The translations under genes and the position numbers were made by a program. Below are positions 26,937 to 37,151 of a DNA stretch of 64,000 bases, piece by piece. The DNA is from a virus (lineage: Duplodnaviria > Heunggongvirae > Uroviricota > Caudoviricetes). Below the pieces are notes generated by a model. It was not told the origin of the DNA, made no database searches, and was given only the letters and a program-made list of their open reading frames with translations. Where the stretch lies: the IMG/VR virus record IMGVR_UViG_3300032214_000615; one strand, 5' to 3'. Position 1 is the stretch's first letter; every line of letters begins with the position of its first letter.

Positions 26937-29474
26937 ATGAGTTTAAATTTTGACGATCAATTATCTATAACTGAAGCAGAAATGTCCCCCAGTGCATTTA
27001 GCGGAGCATTACAGCAGGGTGAAGTTGATCGCGTGCTTGTTGGGTTTGAATTTGAATTCTGCATGCCTAAGAGCAAAATTAAAGAACTCACTGCGTCTAC
27101 AACTACTACCACTACTTCAACTGAAGAAGAAATATTTCAACAATTACGACGAACAAATTTGTTACACTATACTCCATACGGCAGTATTAATCTAGCTAAT
27201 TTTAATAAATGTTTTAAAGTAAAGCCTGGATTTAAATATCCTACTCTTGGTATGGGATTGCGTGGCTATATAGATGCCACGATTGATAAGTGTATTAAAA
27301 TATTCTATGAAATTCCGGAAGAAGAGCGAGCTAGAATTTCTAAAGTGGCTCTTAAGAAATTACGAGAACAGGGCGCAGCACAAATGCTTAATGTAGGTAC
27401 TTTTTGTGTTATTAGCGCGGCAAAATTATTAAGATATAAAACAGATCAGATAGCTTATCTAAGATATTTTTGCCAGGAAGCATCGCGAGAGCGTACTATC
27501 CCCATGCAATGGAGTAACTCTAAGTATAAAAAAATTATAGATTTAATTTATGGTCGTTTAATAACTTATAAATTTTTATTATATTTTATTACTGGAGCAT
27601 CTCAAGAAAGAATCGTACAAAATCCACAAGATTATTTAGATATAGTATCAATTGACGCTGCCAACAACATCTTATCTGTCAGTGAGCGTGCTACTGGTAG
27701 TTCATATATGGATTATGCTAAAGCTGTTTCAAAACTATGTCAGAGTTATGTTAAAAAGACGCCAATAATATTCATTCGTCGTCATGAAAGACCAAAAAAT
27801 CTAGTAGATTGGTATATTGAGCCTGATGGTAGTGTTATACCCACTGATTCTGAACAGGGAGGAGAATTAGTTAGTCCGCCGTTTAGGCCTGCTGTTGCCA
27901 TGGATATGTTAAAACAGTTTTACGCCATGTCTGTAGAGGGACAATTTAATGTAAGCAAAGCTAGAAAAACTGGACTACATATAAATGTCAGCATACCTAA
28001 GAAAATTGATTTGTTAAAGTTGGCAATATTTACAGCCGATGATCGTATTTTGACTCAATTTGATAGACAGAATTATGACTACGCTGTCAATGTAATGAAC
28101 AGTTTAAAACAATCTTTATCTAGTAATACTAAATTAAAAAACGACGCTAGAGTTGATAGTGATAAGGTATTGTCACGGATTGAATCTATTGCCAAAGGAA
28201 TAATGAAAGATCACACTGCCAGTATCAGTTCTGAAAACAAAAACTATATTAGTTTTCGCAGCGTTGGATTTGATTATTTAAGCCCCGGGCAGTTTAAACA
28301 TGTTGTAGATGCTGTTGGACGATTTGTTCGCGCTATAATTATTGCCAGCGACCCAGACGCATATCGTTCTGAGTATCTAAAGAAATTACAAGACTTGCTT
28401 GAAACTAATATACCAAAAAAAGAAAATCTGACAACTTCAGAATTAATAAATCTGTATCGTAATATAAAACAAAATGGTATACCAGCAATCAAAACAATAG
28501 CATATCTTACTAAAAATAATAAAAAAGCAGCAAATAAAATAGATTATTTTGGAAGCATGCTTCTTCATCTTTCTGGTTTAACCCAGCGATCTTATAAACC
28601 TAAAGAAATAATTAATACTCCAGTAAGAAATGCCACTGACGAAGAAAAGAACTTATTAACGACTACTATTACCGCCAGCAATAAACCGGCAAACATCAAT
28701 GCCACTGTTGATAAAATTAATGATCCAGTCGCAACTATAAAAACTGTAACGCTAACTGCTTCAAAAAACCCAGAAATATTAATCAAAATTATTAATATGG
28801 CTGATTCAGTAGTTAAATTACAACAAACAATGACAATGACTTACTACACTGGTGTAGAGTATCTAGGATATGGTGGTTGGGGATTAGTACAACCAACTAG
28901 AATACCCATAACAGATGATCCAGCAACTACCGATATATTAAAATACTTGAAGAGACAAATAGAAAAATCAAAAGAAACGACAAAAAAACTTAATTTACCA
29001 GAAATGATTCAAGAAGAATTAGATGTAAATAAGATTTATTACTTTGCGTATGGTATGTTGACCGACGAGAGCAAAATGAAACACTTGAACGCCAAGAAAA
29101 TAGGCAGAGCAGTACTATCTGATTTTAAATTGGAATTATTACAGCATGCTAATATCGTCAAAGAATCTGGATCAAAAGTTGTGGGTGTACTTTGGGAAAT
29201 AGATAAAGACGCACAAGATGTCTTGGATCAGATTGAGGGTTATCCAGTATATTACAATAGAATAGTAGCATCAGTAAAAACAGATACTGATGTGGTAGAT
29301 GCCGAAGTTTATATTATGACCGATCAATCTCGCAAACATTCATATGAACACGGATATCCTACTCAGAGATACGTAGATGACATAGTTCGTGGATATCGTG
29401 CCGCACGAATTAATATAAATCAGCTAATCACTGCTCTAAATGAATTAAACAGTAGACTTGACGATGAAAAGTAA
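26937..29474 (+). CDS. Amidoligase (glutamine-synthetase-like fold, Amidoligase_2-type) fused to a C-terminal gamma-glutamyl cyclotransferase (GGCT/AIG2-like) domain
   Basis: N-terminal VGFEFEFCMP (ExE ligand motif), GGELVSPP, TGLHINVS. C-terminal YYFAYGMLTDES...KVVGVLWEIDKDAQDVLDQIEGYPVYYNR (GGCT pattern YGSL...G.LY.I....LD..EGY...Y.R). Confidence 0.55.
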   Translation: MSLNFDDQLSITEAEMSPSAFSGALQQGEVDRVLVGFEFEFCMPKSKIKELTASTTTTTTSTEEEIFQQLRRTNLLHYTPYGSINLANFNKCFKVKPGFKYPTLGMGLRGYIDATIDKCIKIFYEIPEEERARISKVALKKLREQGAAQMLNVGTFCVISAAKLLRYKTDQIAYLRYFCQEASRERTIPMQWSNSKYKKIIDLIYGRLITYKFLLYFITGASQERIVQNPQDYLDIVSIDAANNILSVSERATGSSYMDYAKAVSKLCQSYVKKTPIIFIRRHERPKNLVDWYIEPDGSVIPTDSEQGGELVSPPFRPAVAMDMLKQFYAMSVEGQFNVSKARKTGLHINVSIPKKIDLLKLAIFTADDRILTQFDRQNYDYAVNVMNSLKQSLSSNTKLKNDARVDSDKVLSRIESIAKGIMKDHTASISSENKNYISFRSVGFDYLSPGQFKHVVDAVGRFVRAIIIASDPDAYRSEYLKKLQDLLETNIPKKENLTTSELINLYRNIKQNGIPAIKTIAYLTKNNKKAANKIDYFGSMLLHLSGLTQRSYKPKEIINTPVRNATDEEKNLLTTTITASNKPANINATVDKINDPVATIKTVTLTASKNPEILIKIINMADSVVKLQQTMTMTYYTGVEYLGYGGWGLVQPTRIPITDDPATTDILKYLKRQIEKSKETTKKLNLPEMIQEELDVNKIYYFAYGMLTDESKMKHLNAKKIGRAVLSDFKLELLQHANIVKESGSKVVGVLWEIDKDAQDVLDQIEGYPVYYNRIVASVKTDTDVVDAEVYIMTDQSRKHSYEHGYPTQRYVDDIVRGYRAARININQLITALNELNSRLDDEK

Positions 29475-30228
29475 TGAATTTTTATCGGAATCTCAAGCAG
29501 GATTACCCGATGACTTACAAAAAATACTGTCCGAAAAGGGATACCGTTATATAAATGCGGGCGCTGAACATACTGTATGGTTGGGTCCAGATGGATTCGT
29601 ATATAAGATAATGCCTCCCAGATTTATCAAAGAAGAAACCGCAAAAAAATTACAAATGGGCAGTAAACGCCCAGAAGATGTGTATGTGACTAAAGCTCAA
29701 CAATGCTTTATTGATTGGGTTGAATACTGTCAAAATCATCCCAATAATAAATTTCTACCATTCTTTGATGATTGGAAACCATATATACATGAGTTCGTAA
29801 GAGACAATAAAAAGTATTACTACTTCTATATTCAATGTAGAACCGAACGATTATTCCCATTACACGATTGGAAAAAACTTACCTGGGCAGATACTGATTT
29901 AATTACTGGAGAAATTGATTGGGGTCAAGCACTTAGTGAGATAGCATATGATATTGCCTATGGTATGTCAAAACAAGGTTTTATTAAAAGATTGAAGAAT
30001 GGTGCTGCTAGACAGGGAACATATCAAGTCGTTAGTCATATGGGAGATCAGCGAACACTAACACTGTTTTATGATACCATTACTGATTTGATTCGTATTG
30101 CCACTAATAAAGGATACAGACTTGATTTACACAGTGATAACTTTATGTTGGGCAGTGATGGACATATAGTTATTAATGACCCATTCTTTATTAGATACGC
30201 ACCCGAAAACGATATGTATAGCAGTTAA
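29458..30228 (+). CDS. Protein-kinase-like fold protein (atypical kinase)
   Basis: INAGAEHTVWLGPDGFVYKIMPP (Gly-rich strand and VxK lysine), catalytic-loop-like DLHSDNFMLGSDGHIVINDPF (HxDxxxxN ... xxD). Confidence 0.45.
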   Translation: MTMKSNEFLSESQAGLPDDLQKILSEKGYRYINAGAEHTVWLGPDGFVYKIMPPRFIKEETAKKLQMGSKRPEDVYVTKAQQCFIDWVEYCQNHPNNKFLPFFDDWKPYIHEFVRDNKKYYYFYIQCRTERLFPLHDWKKLTWADTDLITGEIDWGQALSEIAYDIAYGMSKQGFIKRLKNGAARQGTYQVVSHMGDQRTLTLFYDTITDLIRIATNKGYRLDLHSDNFMLGSDGHIVINDPFFIRYAPENDMYSS

Positions 30229-30256
30229 GAGTAAATACTAATGAAATAATTTAATC

Positions 30257-31696
30257 ATGCGCGCACGAGAAATACTAACAGAAACCGTTGAAGAGCAACA
30301 AAACATTGTAACAATGGCTAAAAACATAATTAAATGGCACTCAGAAAAAATAGGCGATATGTCGTCTCTATTAAAAAATAGAAATAATATATCCTCTCAA
30401 TTATACAATGAATCAGAAGATGATGATATTTCAGACGACGAATTACTTTCAATAATGAATCGTGCTAGGAACAAAGCCAAGAAATCAGGAATTGATGATA
30501 TTGATATCTCAGACGACGAATTACTCGCCATTATGAACAAAAATAAAATGGCGAAGTTTGATTATGATAATTGGTTAAACAGGCCTATACGTCTAATTGA
30601 TGTAGTCGGTTCTGGCCCGTGGACGCCAACTGTTAACGATTGGTTAAGCACAAATCCTACAATAATATTTGCCACAGAAGACAATTCTTCTTTGAAAATT
30701 AGAAAGGACGCATTACAAAAATTTTGGGGATGGTGGGATTCTACGCTTAATCATATTGTTATTAACTGCGCGATGCGGCGACCGGTTTCTTCTTATCTAT
30801 CGACGATTGTTCATGAGCTTCAACACGGGTTGGATTATTATAAGTCTAATTCTCTTGCAGGACAACGCTCTCTTGCAGGACGAGGTGGATCAGCAACACG
30901 AGCCAAACAAGAAAAAGAGGACATCTCAACTATAATAGCGGCATTCAAAAACGCAATAGATAGAATTCCAAGTTCCGGGCTTTACATCAAAGATATTATT
31001 ACTTCAGACTCGTTACAATCAACAATCTTTAAAAATCTTGTAAATGATCCCGAGATTGCTTCTATGAAAATAGAATCGCCAGAGAGTGAATACTCAGATG
31101 AAATGCAGGCGGATCGTTATCTTGATCTTGATATTGATAACAAGTCCGGTACGTATCTAATGTTTTACTGGGTAATTGAAGCGTTGCTAATTGGTTCAAC
31201 TAAAGATTTTCTAACAAAACTAGAAAATACTTTAAATGAATATCGTAATTCATACTATAAACCTAGAGCCGGCTATAGTAACGCAGTAAAACAAGGCTCT
31301 CTTGAATTAGATAAAAACCGCAGCGAATATCTGAGTAAAAATCATGAAATAAATGCCAGAATTTCTCAAGCATTTCACGCTATTATTGAACGTCTAACTC
31401 AACAAAATTTTAAAGGTTATTCAAAAAATAAAAAAACAGCAGAACTACAGCAGAAAGAAATATCCAACGTTGTTAACGCAGTTTATAGTAGTTACCATAT
31501 TAATGGTAGTTTATTTCCGGAACGAATTCGCGAAGAAAGACTTAGACGATTACAAAGAAGACTTCAGCAGTATATATTGGCTCATTTTCCGGAAAATAGT
31601 AACATCATTCCTAAGGCCATCATTCCGCGACGTAATGATGACGTTAGAAAATTACTCTCGCTATTAGGCCCAGAAGGTTTAAAAAATATAAAATAA
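30257..31696 (+). CDS. Putative zincin-like metallopeptidase (single HExxH)
   Basis: STIVHELQHGLDYY. Also acidic repeated ISDDELLSIMNR / ISDDELLAIMNK units near the N-terminus. Supported by one motif only. Confidence 0.3.
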   Translation: MRAREILTETVEEQQNIVTMAKNIIKWHSEKIGDMSSLLKNRNNISSQLYNESEDDDISDDELLSIMNRARNKAKKSGIDDIDISDDELLAIMNKNKMAKFDYDNWLNRPIRLIDVVGSGPWTPTVNDWLSTNPTIIFATEDNSSLKIRKDALQKFWGWWDSTLNHIVINCAMRRPVSSYLSTIVHELQHGLDYYKSNSLAGQRSLAGRGGSATRAKQEKEDISTIIAAFKNAIDRIPSSGLYIKDIITSDSLQSTIFKNLVNDPEIASMKIESPESEYSDEMQADRYLDLDIDNKSGTYLMFYWVIEALLIGSTKDFLTKLENTLNEYRNSYYKPRAGYSNAVKQGSLELDKNRSEYLSKNHEINARISQAFHAIIERLTQQNFKGYSKNKKTAELQQKEISNVVNAVYSSYHINGSLFPERIREERLRRLQRRLQQYILAHFPENSNIIPKAIIPRRNDDVRKLLSLLGPEGLKNIK

Positions 31697-31697
31697 T

Positions 31698-32204
31698 ATG
31701 AAAATATCCGACTTTCGCATACACAGTACTGATAAATTGGACAGCATTCTCGCGAAATGCTGCGAGATGATTTTGACAAAACAACGAGAGGGCTCGGAAT
31801 ATTGGGGAATGGTTGGTGCTTGTGTATTGGACATGGAGAATCGCGCTGTATATGGTGTTAATCACGCTATGGACGATGGTAAACGCAAACACGCAGAACG
31901 AGCGGCAATTGATAATTACCGAGAAAAGTACGGTGACAATTTGGAACACTGTATTATTATCACTACTCTTAGTCCCTGTAGTGAACCATTAGACGAACGC
32001 TGGGGCGATAGTTGTACCGACTTGATAAATGAAATTGGAATACATAAAGTCTATTGCGGATACAAAGATCCAAGTCAAGATCATAGCGAAACTTATCTAC
32101 ACAAACACTTTCATGTCAAGTGTACTCGCAACCAAAAGTTGAACGAACTGTGTAAACGGTTTGCCGACACCTTTTTGAATTCGGATGACACCGATCACAG
32201 TTGA
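31698..32204 (+). CDS. CDA-fold zinc deaminase (cytidine/deoxycytidylate/RibD-like)
   Basis: HAERAAIDNY (H[AC]E) and TLSPCSEPLDERWGDSC (PC-x9-C, long spacing as in RibD/guanine deaminases). Confidence 0.5.
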   Translation: MKISDFRIHSTDKLDSILAKCCEMILTKQREGSEYWGMVGACVLDMENRAVYGVNHAMDDGKRKHAERAAIDNYREKYGDNLEHCIIITTLSPCSEPLDERWGDSCTDLINEIGIHKVYCGYKDPSQDHSETYLHKHFHVKCTRNQKLNELCKRFADTFLNSDDTDHS

Positions 32205-32272
32205 TCAAGCCAAAATAAGTTGACATTTAGCGCAGGTGTAGTAAGATAGATAATCTACTACAAGGAGTAATA

Positions 32273-32554
32273 ATGTCTGATACTGAAAATTTTGATACCC
32301 CAGTTACATTTAGCGGCGACCAAAAGAAGAAGCTAACTCAAATCATTAACGAAGGCTGCCAGGTGTTACACGAGGTTGAGACACTGAATGAAGGGTTGAA
32401 TGAAACCATTAAAGCAATTGCCGAAGAGATGAATATCAAATCATCGGTCTTGAAGAAAGCAATCAAGATCGCTCATCGTGCTGAGTTTCACAAAACACAA
32501 AAAGAACAAGAACTGCTAGAAACCATTCTGACAACTGTTGGAAAAACACTATGA
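32273..32554 (+). CDS. Small helical protein, possibly GapR/DUF2312-like DNA-binding protein
   Basis: Strong RBS AAGGAG. LKKAIKIAHRAEFHKTQKEQELLETILTTVG resembles the DUF2312 C-terminal pattern; weak. Confidence 0.35.
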   Translation: MSDTENFDTPVTFSGDQKKKLTQIINEGCQVLHEVETLNEGLNETIKAIAEEMNIKSSVLKKAIKIAHRAEFHKTQKEQELLETILTTVGKTL

Positions 32555-32814
32555 GTGATTCAATGTCTGCTCATCGCGACGATCTTCGTGAGTGGAATGA
32601 ATTTTGTGAAAAAACTAAAATTCCACTTAGTTGGAGAGTCTATAGTCCGGACTCAATGTGGGCAAGAAGATTTCATAATGAACGTGGGTTAGTGGGACGA
32701 GAATTAATGTTGGCTGTAAAGCAAGAACTAGAAACTATAGCTCTTAAACAGAAACACGCCACTCAGCAACAAGAGCTTAAGCAGTTAATTGAATTGGAAA
32801 AGAAGTATCAATGA
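32551..32814 (+). CDS. Hypothetical small protein
   Basis: 87 aa, translationally coupled on both sides (ATGA overlaps). Confidence 0.4.
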   Translation: MSDSMSAHRDDLREWNEFCEKTKIPLSWRVYSPDSMWARRFHNERGLVGRELMLAVKQELETIALKQKHATQQQELKQLIELEKKYQ

Positions 32815-34427
32815 GTTATGTGGATGCCATCTTCGACAGAGAGCGTGATACAATTCACGTTGTAGAACGTTCGCCCACCGGCAAACGTGTATATCAGCAG
32901 TATCCTGCCAATTATGTTTTTTATTATGATGACCCCAAGGGCAAGCATCGTAGTGTAAATCTTGATCCAGTCAGCAGATTCAGCAGTCGCAAGCGCGGTG
33001 AGTTCATGAAAGAACTCAAGATTCACAGTGGCAAGCGTACATATGAAAGCGATTTGAATCCAATATTCAGATGCTTGGCTGACAATTATTTGGACGCAGA
33101 GTCTCCGCGACTACATATCTGCGTTTTTGACATTGAAACAGACTTCAATCCTGATCGTGGATTCGCTCCTACTACTGATCCATTCAACCCAGTAACCGCA
33201 ATCTCGTTGTACTTGGATTGGTTGGGACAGTTAATAACACTGTGTATTCCGCCAAAACATATGTCGCAGGAAACTGCTGCTGAAATAGCAGGTCAGTTTG
33301 ATAACACTTTTGTGTTTGAAAATGAAACTGATATGTTCAATGTGTTTTTTGAGTTGATTGATGACGCTGATGTACTAACTGGCTGGAACAGTAGTGGATA
33401 CGATATTCCCTATATGGTCAATCGTGTTACTCGTGTAATGAGTAAGGATGATACACGCAGATTCTGTTTGCTAAATCAACTGCCAAAGCTACGCAAGTAT
33501 GTTATGTTTGATCAAGAACAGGAAACGTATGATCTAAGTGGTCGCATTCATATGGACTACTTGGAGCTATACAAGAAGTATAACTATGAAAGTCGTCATA
33601 GTTATAAGCTTGATTTCATTGGTGAAATGGAAGTAGGAGAGAAGAAAGTTCAGTATGAAGGAACTCTAGATCAACTGTACAACAAAGATTGGCGCAAGTT
33701 CTTAGAGTACAATCGTCAAGACACACTGTTGCTATTCAAGATTCATGACAAGCTAAAGTTCTTGGATCTTGCCAATAGCATCGCGCATCAAAATACCGTA
33801 TTGCTACAAACTGTCATGGGCAGTGTGGCAATGATTGAACAAGCCGTTATTAATGAAGCTCACGCTCGTGGGTTAGTAGTACCAGACAAAAGGAAAGTAA
33901 ATGAAGACACAGAACCAAAAGCAGCCGGTGCCTATGTTGCTACGCCCAAGCGGGGCATGCACGAGTGGATCGCGGCGGTTGACATCAACAGTCTCTACCC
34001 ATCAGCTATCCGCGCTCTTAACATGGCCCCGGAAACCATTATTGGGCAACTCAGACCAACACTCACAGACAAGTACATCAGTGACAAAACATCTGCTGGC
34101 GTAGAATTCGCACACGCGTGGGAAGGTTTGTTCGGCACACTGGAATACACTAGTGTGATGAATCAAGAGCGTGGCACTATGATTACCATTGATTGGGAGC
34201 GTGGTGGCAGTGAAACTGCCAGTGCGGCTGAGATTTGGAAGCTAATCTTTGACAGCAATCAACCCTGGATGATCAGTGCCAACGGAACAATATTCACTTA
34301 TGAGCGAGAGGGTATCATTCCTGGTCTACTCACCAAGTGGTACACTGAGCGTAAAGAAATTCAAAAGCAACTCAAAGAGGCCTCAAGCGTTATTTATGGA
34401 ATTGAATTGCCAAAAGACATGTTATGA
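32811..34427 (+). CDS. Family-B DNA polymerase, fragment 1 of 3 (N-terminal, 3'-5' exonuclease and palm motif A)
   Basis: Exo I ICVFDIETDF, exo II-like LTGWNSSGYDIPYM, motif A AAVDINSLYPSAIRALN. Ends at a stop before motif B. Confidence 0.8.
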   Translation: MSYVDAIFDRERDTIHVVERSPTGKRVYQQYPANYVFYYDDPKGKHRSVNLDPVSRFSSRKRGEFMKELKIHSGKRTYESDLNPIFRCLADNYLDAESPRLHICVFDIETDFNPDRGFAPTTDPFNPVTAISLYLDWLGQLITLCIPPKHMSQETAAEIAGQFDNTFVFENETDMFNVFFELIDDADVLTGWNSSGYDIPYMVNRVTRVMSKDDTRRFCLLNQLPKLRKYVMFDQEQETYDLSGRIHMDYLELYKKYNYESRHSYKLDFIGEMEVGEKKVQYEGTLDQLYNKDWRKFLEYNRQDTLLLFKIHDKLKFLDLANSIAHQNTVLLQTVMGSVAMIEQAVINEAHARGLVVPDKRKVNEDTEPKAAGAYVATPKRGMHEWIAAVDINSLYPSAIRALNMAPETIIGQLRPTLTDKYISDKTSAGVEFAHAWEGLFGTLEYTSVMNQERGTMITIDWERGGSETASAAEIWKLIFDSNQPWMISANGTIFTYEREGIIPGLLTKWYTERKEIQKQLKEASSVIYGIELPKDML

Positions 34428-35291
34428 CTTCAATCTTCTTCTGATAACTTCATCACTCCATTGATTGATTGTATTAGAATCTTCAAAGATTAGATTGAAG
34501 TTTAGCTCAGTGTCGCTAAGTCTTAGTATGTTATAACCTAACTCTCTTGCAGAATTAGTTTTTAACAAGTCTCTGTTTATTTGTTTTGGTTTAGAATGCC
34601 AGAACTCGCCGTCAACTTCTATTAATAGATTCAATGATGGAATATAAAAATCAAAAACCCATGAGCATTTTTCTGCGACTACTATGAATTGTGAAATATA
34701 TTCAATATTATTTTTCAATAAAAACTCAGCGCATTCAAGTTCTATAGAGGTGAATGATGATTTAGTTTTGTTGGTTGAAAGATACGCTGATCTTTTCAGG
34801 GAGCGATTCATTCTCTGTTCGTTCGTTAAATTTAGAAGACGACCTTTATTATGATGTCCATTTTTACCATTTGAGTTTCCCATCATGAGCTTTGATCTTG
34901 CCAAGCGTTGTTCTACTGTCCATTTTGGCGGTCTCCATCCGTTTTCCAAACGAGCCTTCATGTTTTCTTTTGATATTTCTGCCATATTTATTTTGTATTC
35001 TTCGGTATGTGACCCCCATGATTTACCTGTTCTTGATTCCGAAAGTTTCTTTTTGTGCTCTTCGGATTTTGGTCTGTCAGTCAGAGCAATAATAACCTTG
35101 TTTTTACTTTCTTCATTATGCATGGGATTAGCTTCGCGAAATGCTTTGCCGTATGAGTGTCTTAGCTCTGAGCTAATAGTCTCTGCGTCTGGATAAAGTG
35201 ATGAATATTCTGTGGTAGTCAAATCATGTGTGTTGAGATGAGTTCCAGTAATTCTTTTAAAAAGTTTTTTACAAATTTCACAAGTTATCAT
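34422..35291 (-). CDS. Free-standing homing-endonuclease-like protein: N-terminal zinc finger plus C-terminal Vsr-like (PD-(D/E)xK) nuclease domain, inserted between PolB fragments 1 and 2 on the opposite strand
   Basis: CEICKKLFKRITGTHLNTH zinc finger. C-terminal LLIEVDGEFWHSKPKQINRDLLKTNSARELGYNILRLSDTE matches Vsr (GCFWHxH ... GWRVLIVWE). Confidence 0.65.
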   Translation of the reverse strand: MITCEICKKLFKRITGTHLNTHDLTTTEYSSLYPDAETISSELRHSYGKAFREANPMHNEESKNKVIIALTDRPKSEEHKKKLSESRTGKSWGSHTEEYKINMAEISKENMKARLENGWRPPKWTVEQRLARSKLMMGNSNGKNGHHNKGRLLNLTNEQRMNRSLKRSAYLSTNKTKSSFTSIELECAEFLLKNNIEYISQFIVVAEKCSWVFDFYIPSLNLLIEVDGEFWHSKPKQINRDLLKTNSARELGYNILRLSDTELNFNLIFEDSNTINQWSDEVIRRRLKS

Positions 35292-35332
35292 TTTTAATTC
35301 TTATTTAGTAAAGCTCCATAAATATATTTATC

Positions 35333-36061
35333 ATGAATCTACAAAATTTTAATTTATCCACGGTTAAGAATTTCATAGACGCTAGAGACACAAATGGTCT
35401 AAAAACATATATCTCTGAGTTCGGCCTAGAAATTAGAGAAGGTAAAATTTTGCCAATGACAGAACATTTAGCAGCATGGCAAAATTTACACGATTTTTAT
35501 GACAAGCGTCAGTTAGTTCGTAAGATTTTATTAAATTCGGCATACGGTGCCCTTCTCAATACACACATGCGATTCTACGACATTCGTATTGGTCAGAGTA
35601 CTACGCTCAATGGTCGTCAAATCGTCAAGCACATGAGTGCTCACTTGAATGAGCAAATTGCTGGTGAATACGATCACAACGGAGAAGCAATCGTGTACGG
35701 GGATAGTGTAACCGCGGACACGATCATTCGTACTGATACAGGATCTATTACTATCGAGAAACTATTCAATATGTCATTAGAAAAATGTATCAGTGATGAT
35801 AAAGAATATGGGGTATGGAATGATGCAAAGGTGCTGGGGTTCAACTCAGAAACTATGGAGCCTATAACAGCAAAAATTTCATATGTCATGAGACATAAAA
35901 CAAAGAAAAAATTATATAGAATTACCACCGAAAACGGTAAACAAGTAACGGTCACCGAAGATCACAGTCTAATTGTAGATAGAGATGGATTTTTAGTTGA
36001 ATGTAAACCTACCGATATTAGAGACACTGACTTAATCATCACTTTTGATCCTTCTGCATAA
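35333..36061 (+). CDS. Family-B DNA polymerase fragment 2 (motif B through YGD of motif C) fused to a split-intein N-terminal half
   Basis: Motif B KILLNSAYGALLN. VYGD followed directly by SVTADTIIRTDTG (intein block A) and TEDHSLIV (block B), then a stop. The intein part starts at 35705. Confidence 0.8.
   Translation: MNLQNFNLSTVKNFIDARDTNGLKTYISEFGLEIREGKILPMTEHLAAWQNLHDFYDKRQLVRKILLNSAYGALLNTHMRFYDIRIGQSTTLNGRQIVKHMSAHLNEQIAGEYDHNGEAIVYGDSVTADTIIRTDTGSITIEKLFNMSLEKCISDDKEYGVWNDAKVLGFNSETMEPITAKISYVMRHKTKKKLYRITTENGKQVTVTEDHSLIVDRDGFLVECKPTDIRDTDLIITFDPSA
35705..36061 (+). mobile_element. Split intein, N-terminal half (IntN, 118 aa) inserted after YGD of polymerase motif C
   Basis: Ser1 + blocks A/B, terminated by a stop; sits in a different reading frame from the IntC gene. 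Confidence 0.75.
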
Positions 36062-36090
36062 ATAATCTATGGAGATAGAAGTATCAGCAT

Positions 36091-37050
36091 ATGATTAAAT
36101 GTTTAGAATGCGGATTTGAGTCCAGCAGACTTCAATGGACTCATTTCAAATATAAGTGTACCGGACGTTTTCAAAATGGAACGGAATATTTGAAGGCGTA
36201 TCCGCATGCAAAAGTAGTTGATACTGAGTTGGCTTCTAAAACTACACTAACAAAATCAAAATTCATTGAAAAATATGGTGAAAAAGAAGGAATTGAAAAA
36301 TGGGATGCTTATAGAAATAAGCAAGCGTACTCAAATTCCTTTGAGTACAAACAACAAAAATATGGGTGGACTCAACAGCAATTTGATGAATATAACTCAA
36401 ATAGAGCGGTGACGTTAGAAAAGTGTATCCAGCGACACGGAGAGAACGAGGGCGTTCATGTATGGAATGAATATGTTCAAAAGCAAGCATATACAAAAAC
36501 GCAAGCATACTTTATTGAGAAATATGGAGAAAAAATAGGAACAGAAAAATTTTCTCAAGTAAATTTTCTGAAAAGTGCAGCCGTAAATCCCAAAACTATG
36601 GCAGAGGTAAAAAACATATCGGTTGACGACGCTGTTGATATTATTCTTAACAGAAAGAATATGTTCAGATATACGTCAAATCTAGAAAAGGAATTTGTAG
36701 AGAAACTAGAACATCGCATTGGCCCAATGCAACATACGAGCGTCAATAAACCATATGGAAAATGGTCAACGTTGCTGAATTCATACGTGGTATTTGATGT
36801 AAAACATAATGATTGTGTGATAGAATTCAACGGAGATTACTGGCATTGTAATCCAAAGTTATACGAATCGATTGATACTGGCCCTGGAAATAAAACAGCT
36901 CAAGAAATTTGGGATAGGGATGCTAAAAAAATTCAAACAGCGAGAAATCTTGGATTTAGAGTACTGACTGTGTGGGAATCAGATTACATAAAGAACAAAC
37001 AAAAAATTATAGAAGAGGTGATTGAATGGATGCTGAATGGACAAAAGTAA
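36091..37050 (+). CDS. Free-standing homing-endonuclease-like protein (zinc finger + repeated YGxxxG modules + Vsr-like nuclease) located between the two halves of the split intein
   Basis: CLECGFESSRLQWTHFKYKC. Repeats FIEKYGEKEGIEKWDAY / FIEKYGEKIGTEKFSQV. C-terminal VIEFNGDYWHCNPKLY...LGFRVLTVWESDY (Vsr motifs). Confidence 0.7.
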   Translation: MIKCLECGFESSRLQWTHFKYKCTGRFQNGTEYLKAYPHAKVVDTELASKTTLTKSKFIEKYGEKEGIEKWDAYRNKQAYSNSFEYKQQKYGWTQQQFDEYNSNRAVTLEKCIQRHGENEGVHVWNEYVQKQAYTKTQAYFIEKYGEKIGTEKFSQVNFLKSAAVNPKTMAEVKNISVDDAVDIILNRKNMFRYTSNLEKEFVEKLEHRIGPMQHTSVNKPYGKWSTLLNSYVVFDVKHNDCVIEFNGDYWHCNPKLYESIDTGPGNKTAQEIWDRDAKKIQTARNLGFRVLTVWESDYIKNKQKIIEEVIEWMLNGQK

Positions 37051-37151
37051 GTAAAATTGAATGCTTGGGTGAAGTAGATGACTATGTGTATGATATAAGC
37101 ATAGAGAATCAAGACCCATTCTTTTTTGCCAATGATATTTTGGTTCATAAT
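37026..37151 (+). mobile_element. Split intein, C-terminal half (IntC)
   Basis: Ends HN, then the +1 Thr of the extein. Confidence 0.75.

Noticed and set aside
34885-35196. Plus-strand ORFs (34885-35196, 34892-35092) inside the minus-strand endonuclease gene
   Set aside because: The minus-strand frame has clear zinc-finger and Vsr motifs. The plus-strand ORFs are hydrophobic and low-complexity, and are probably spurious.
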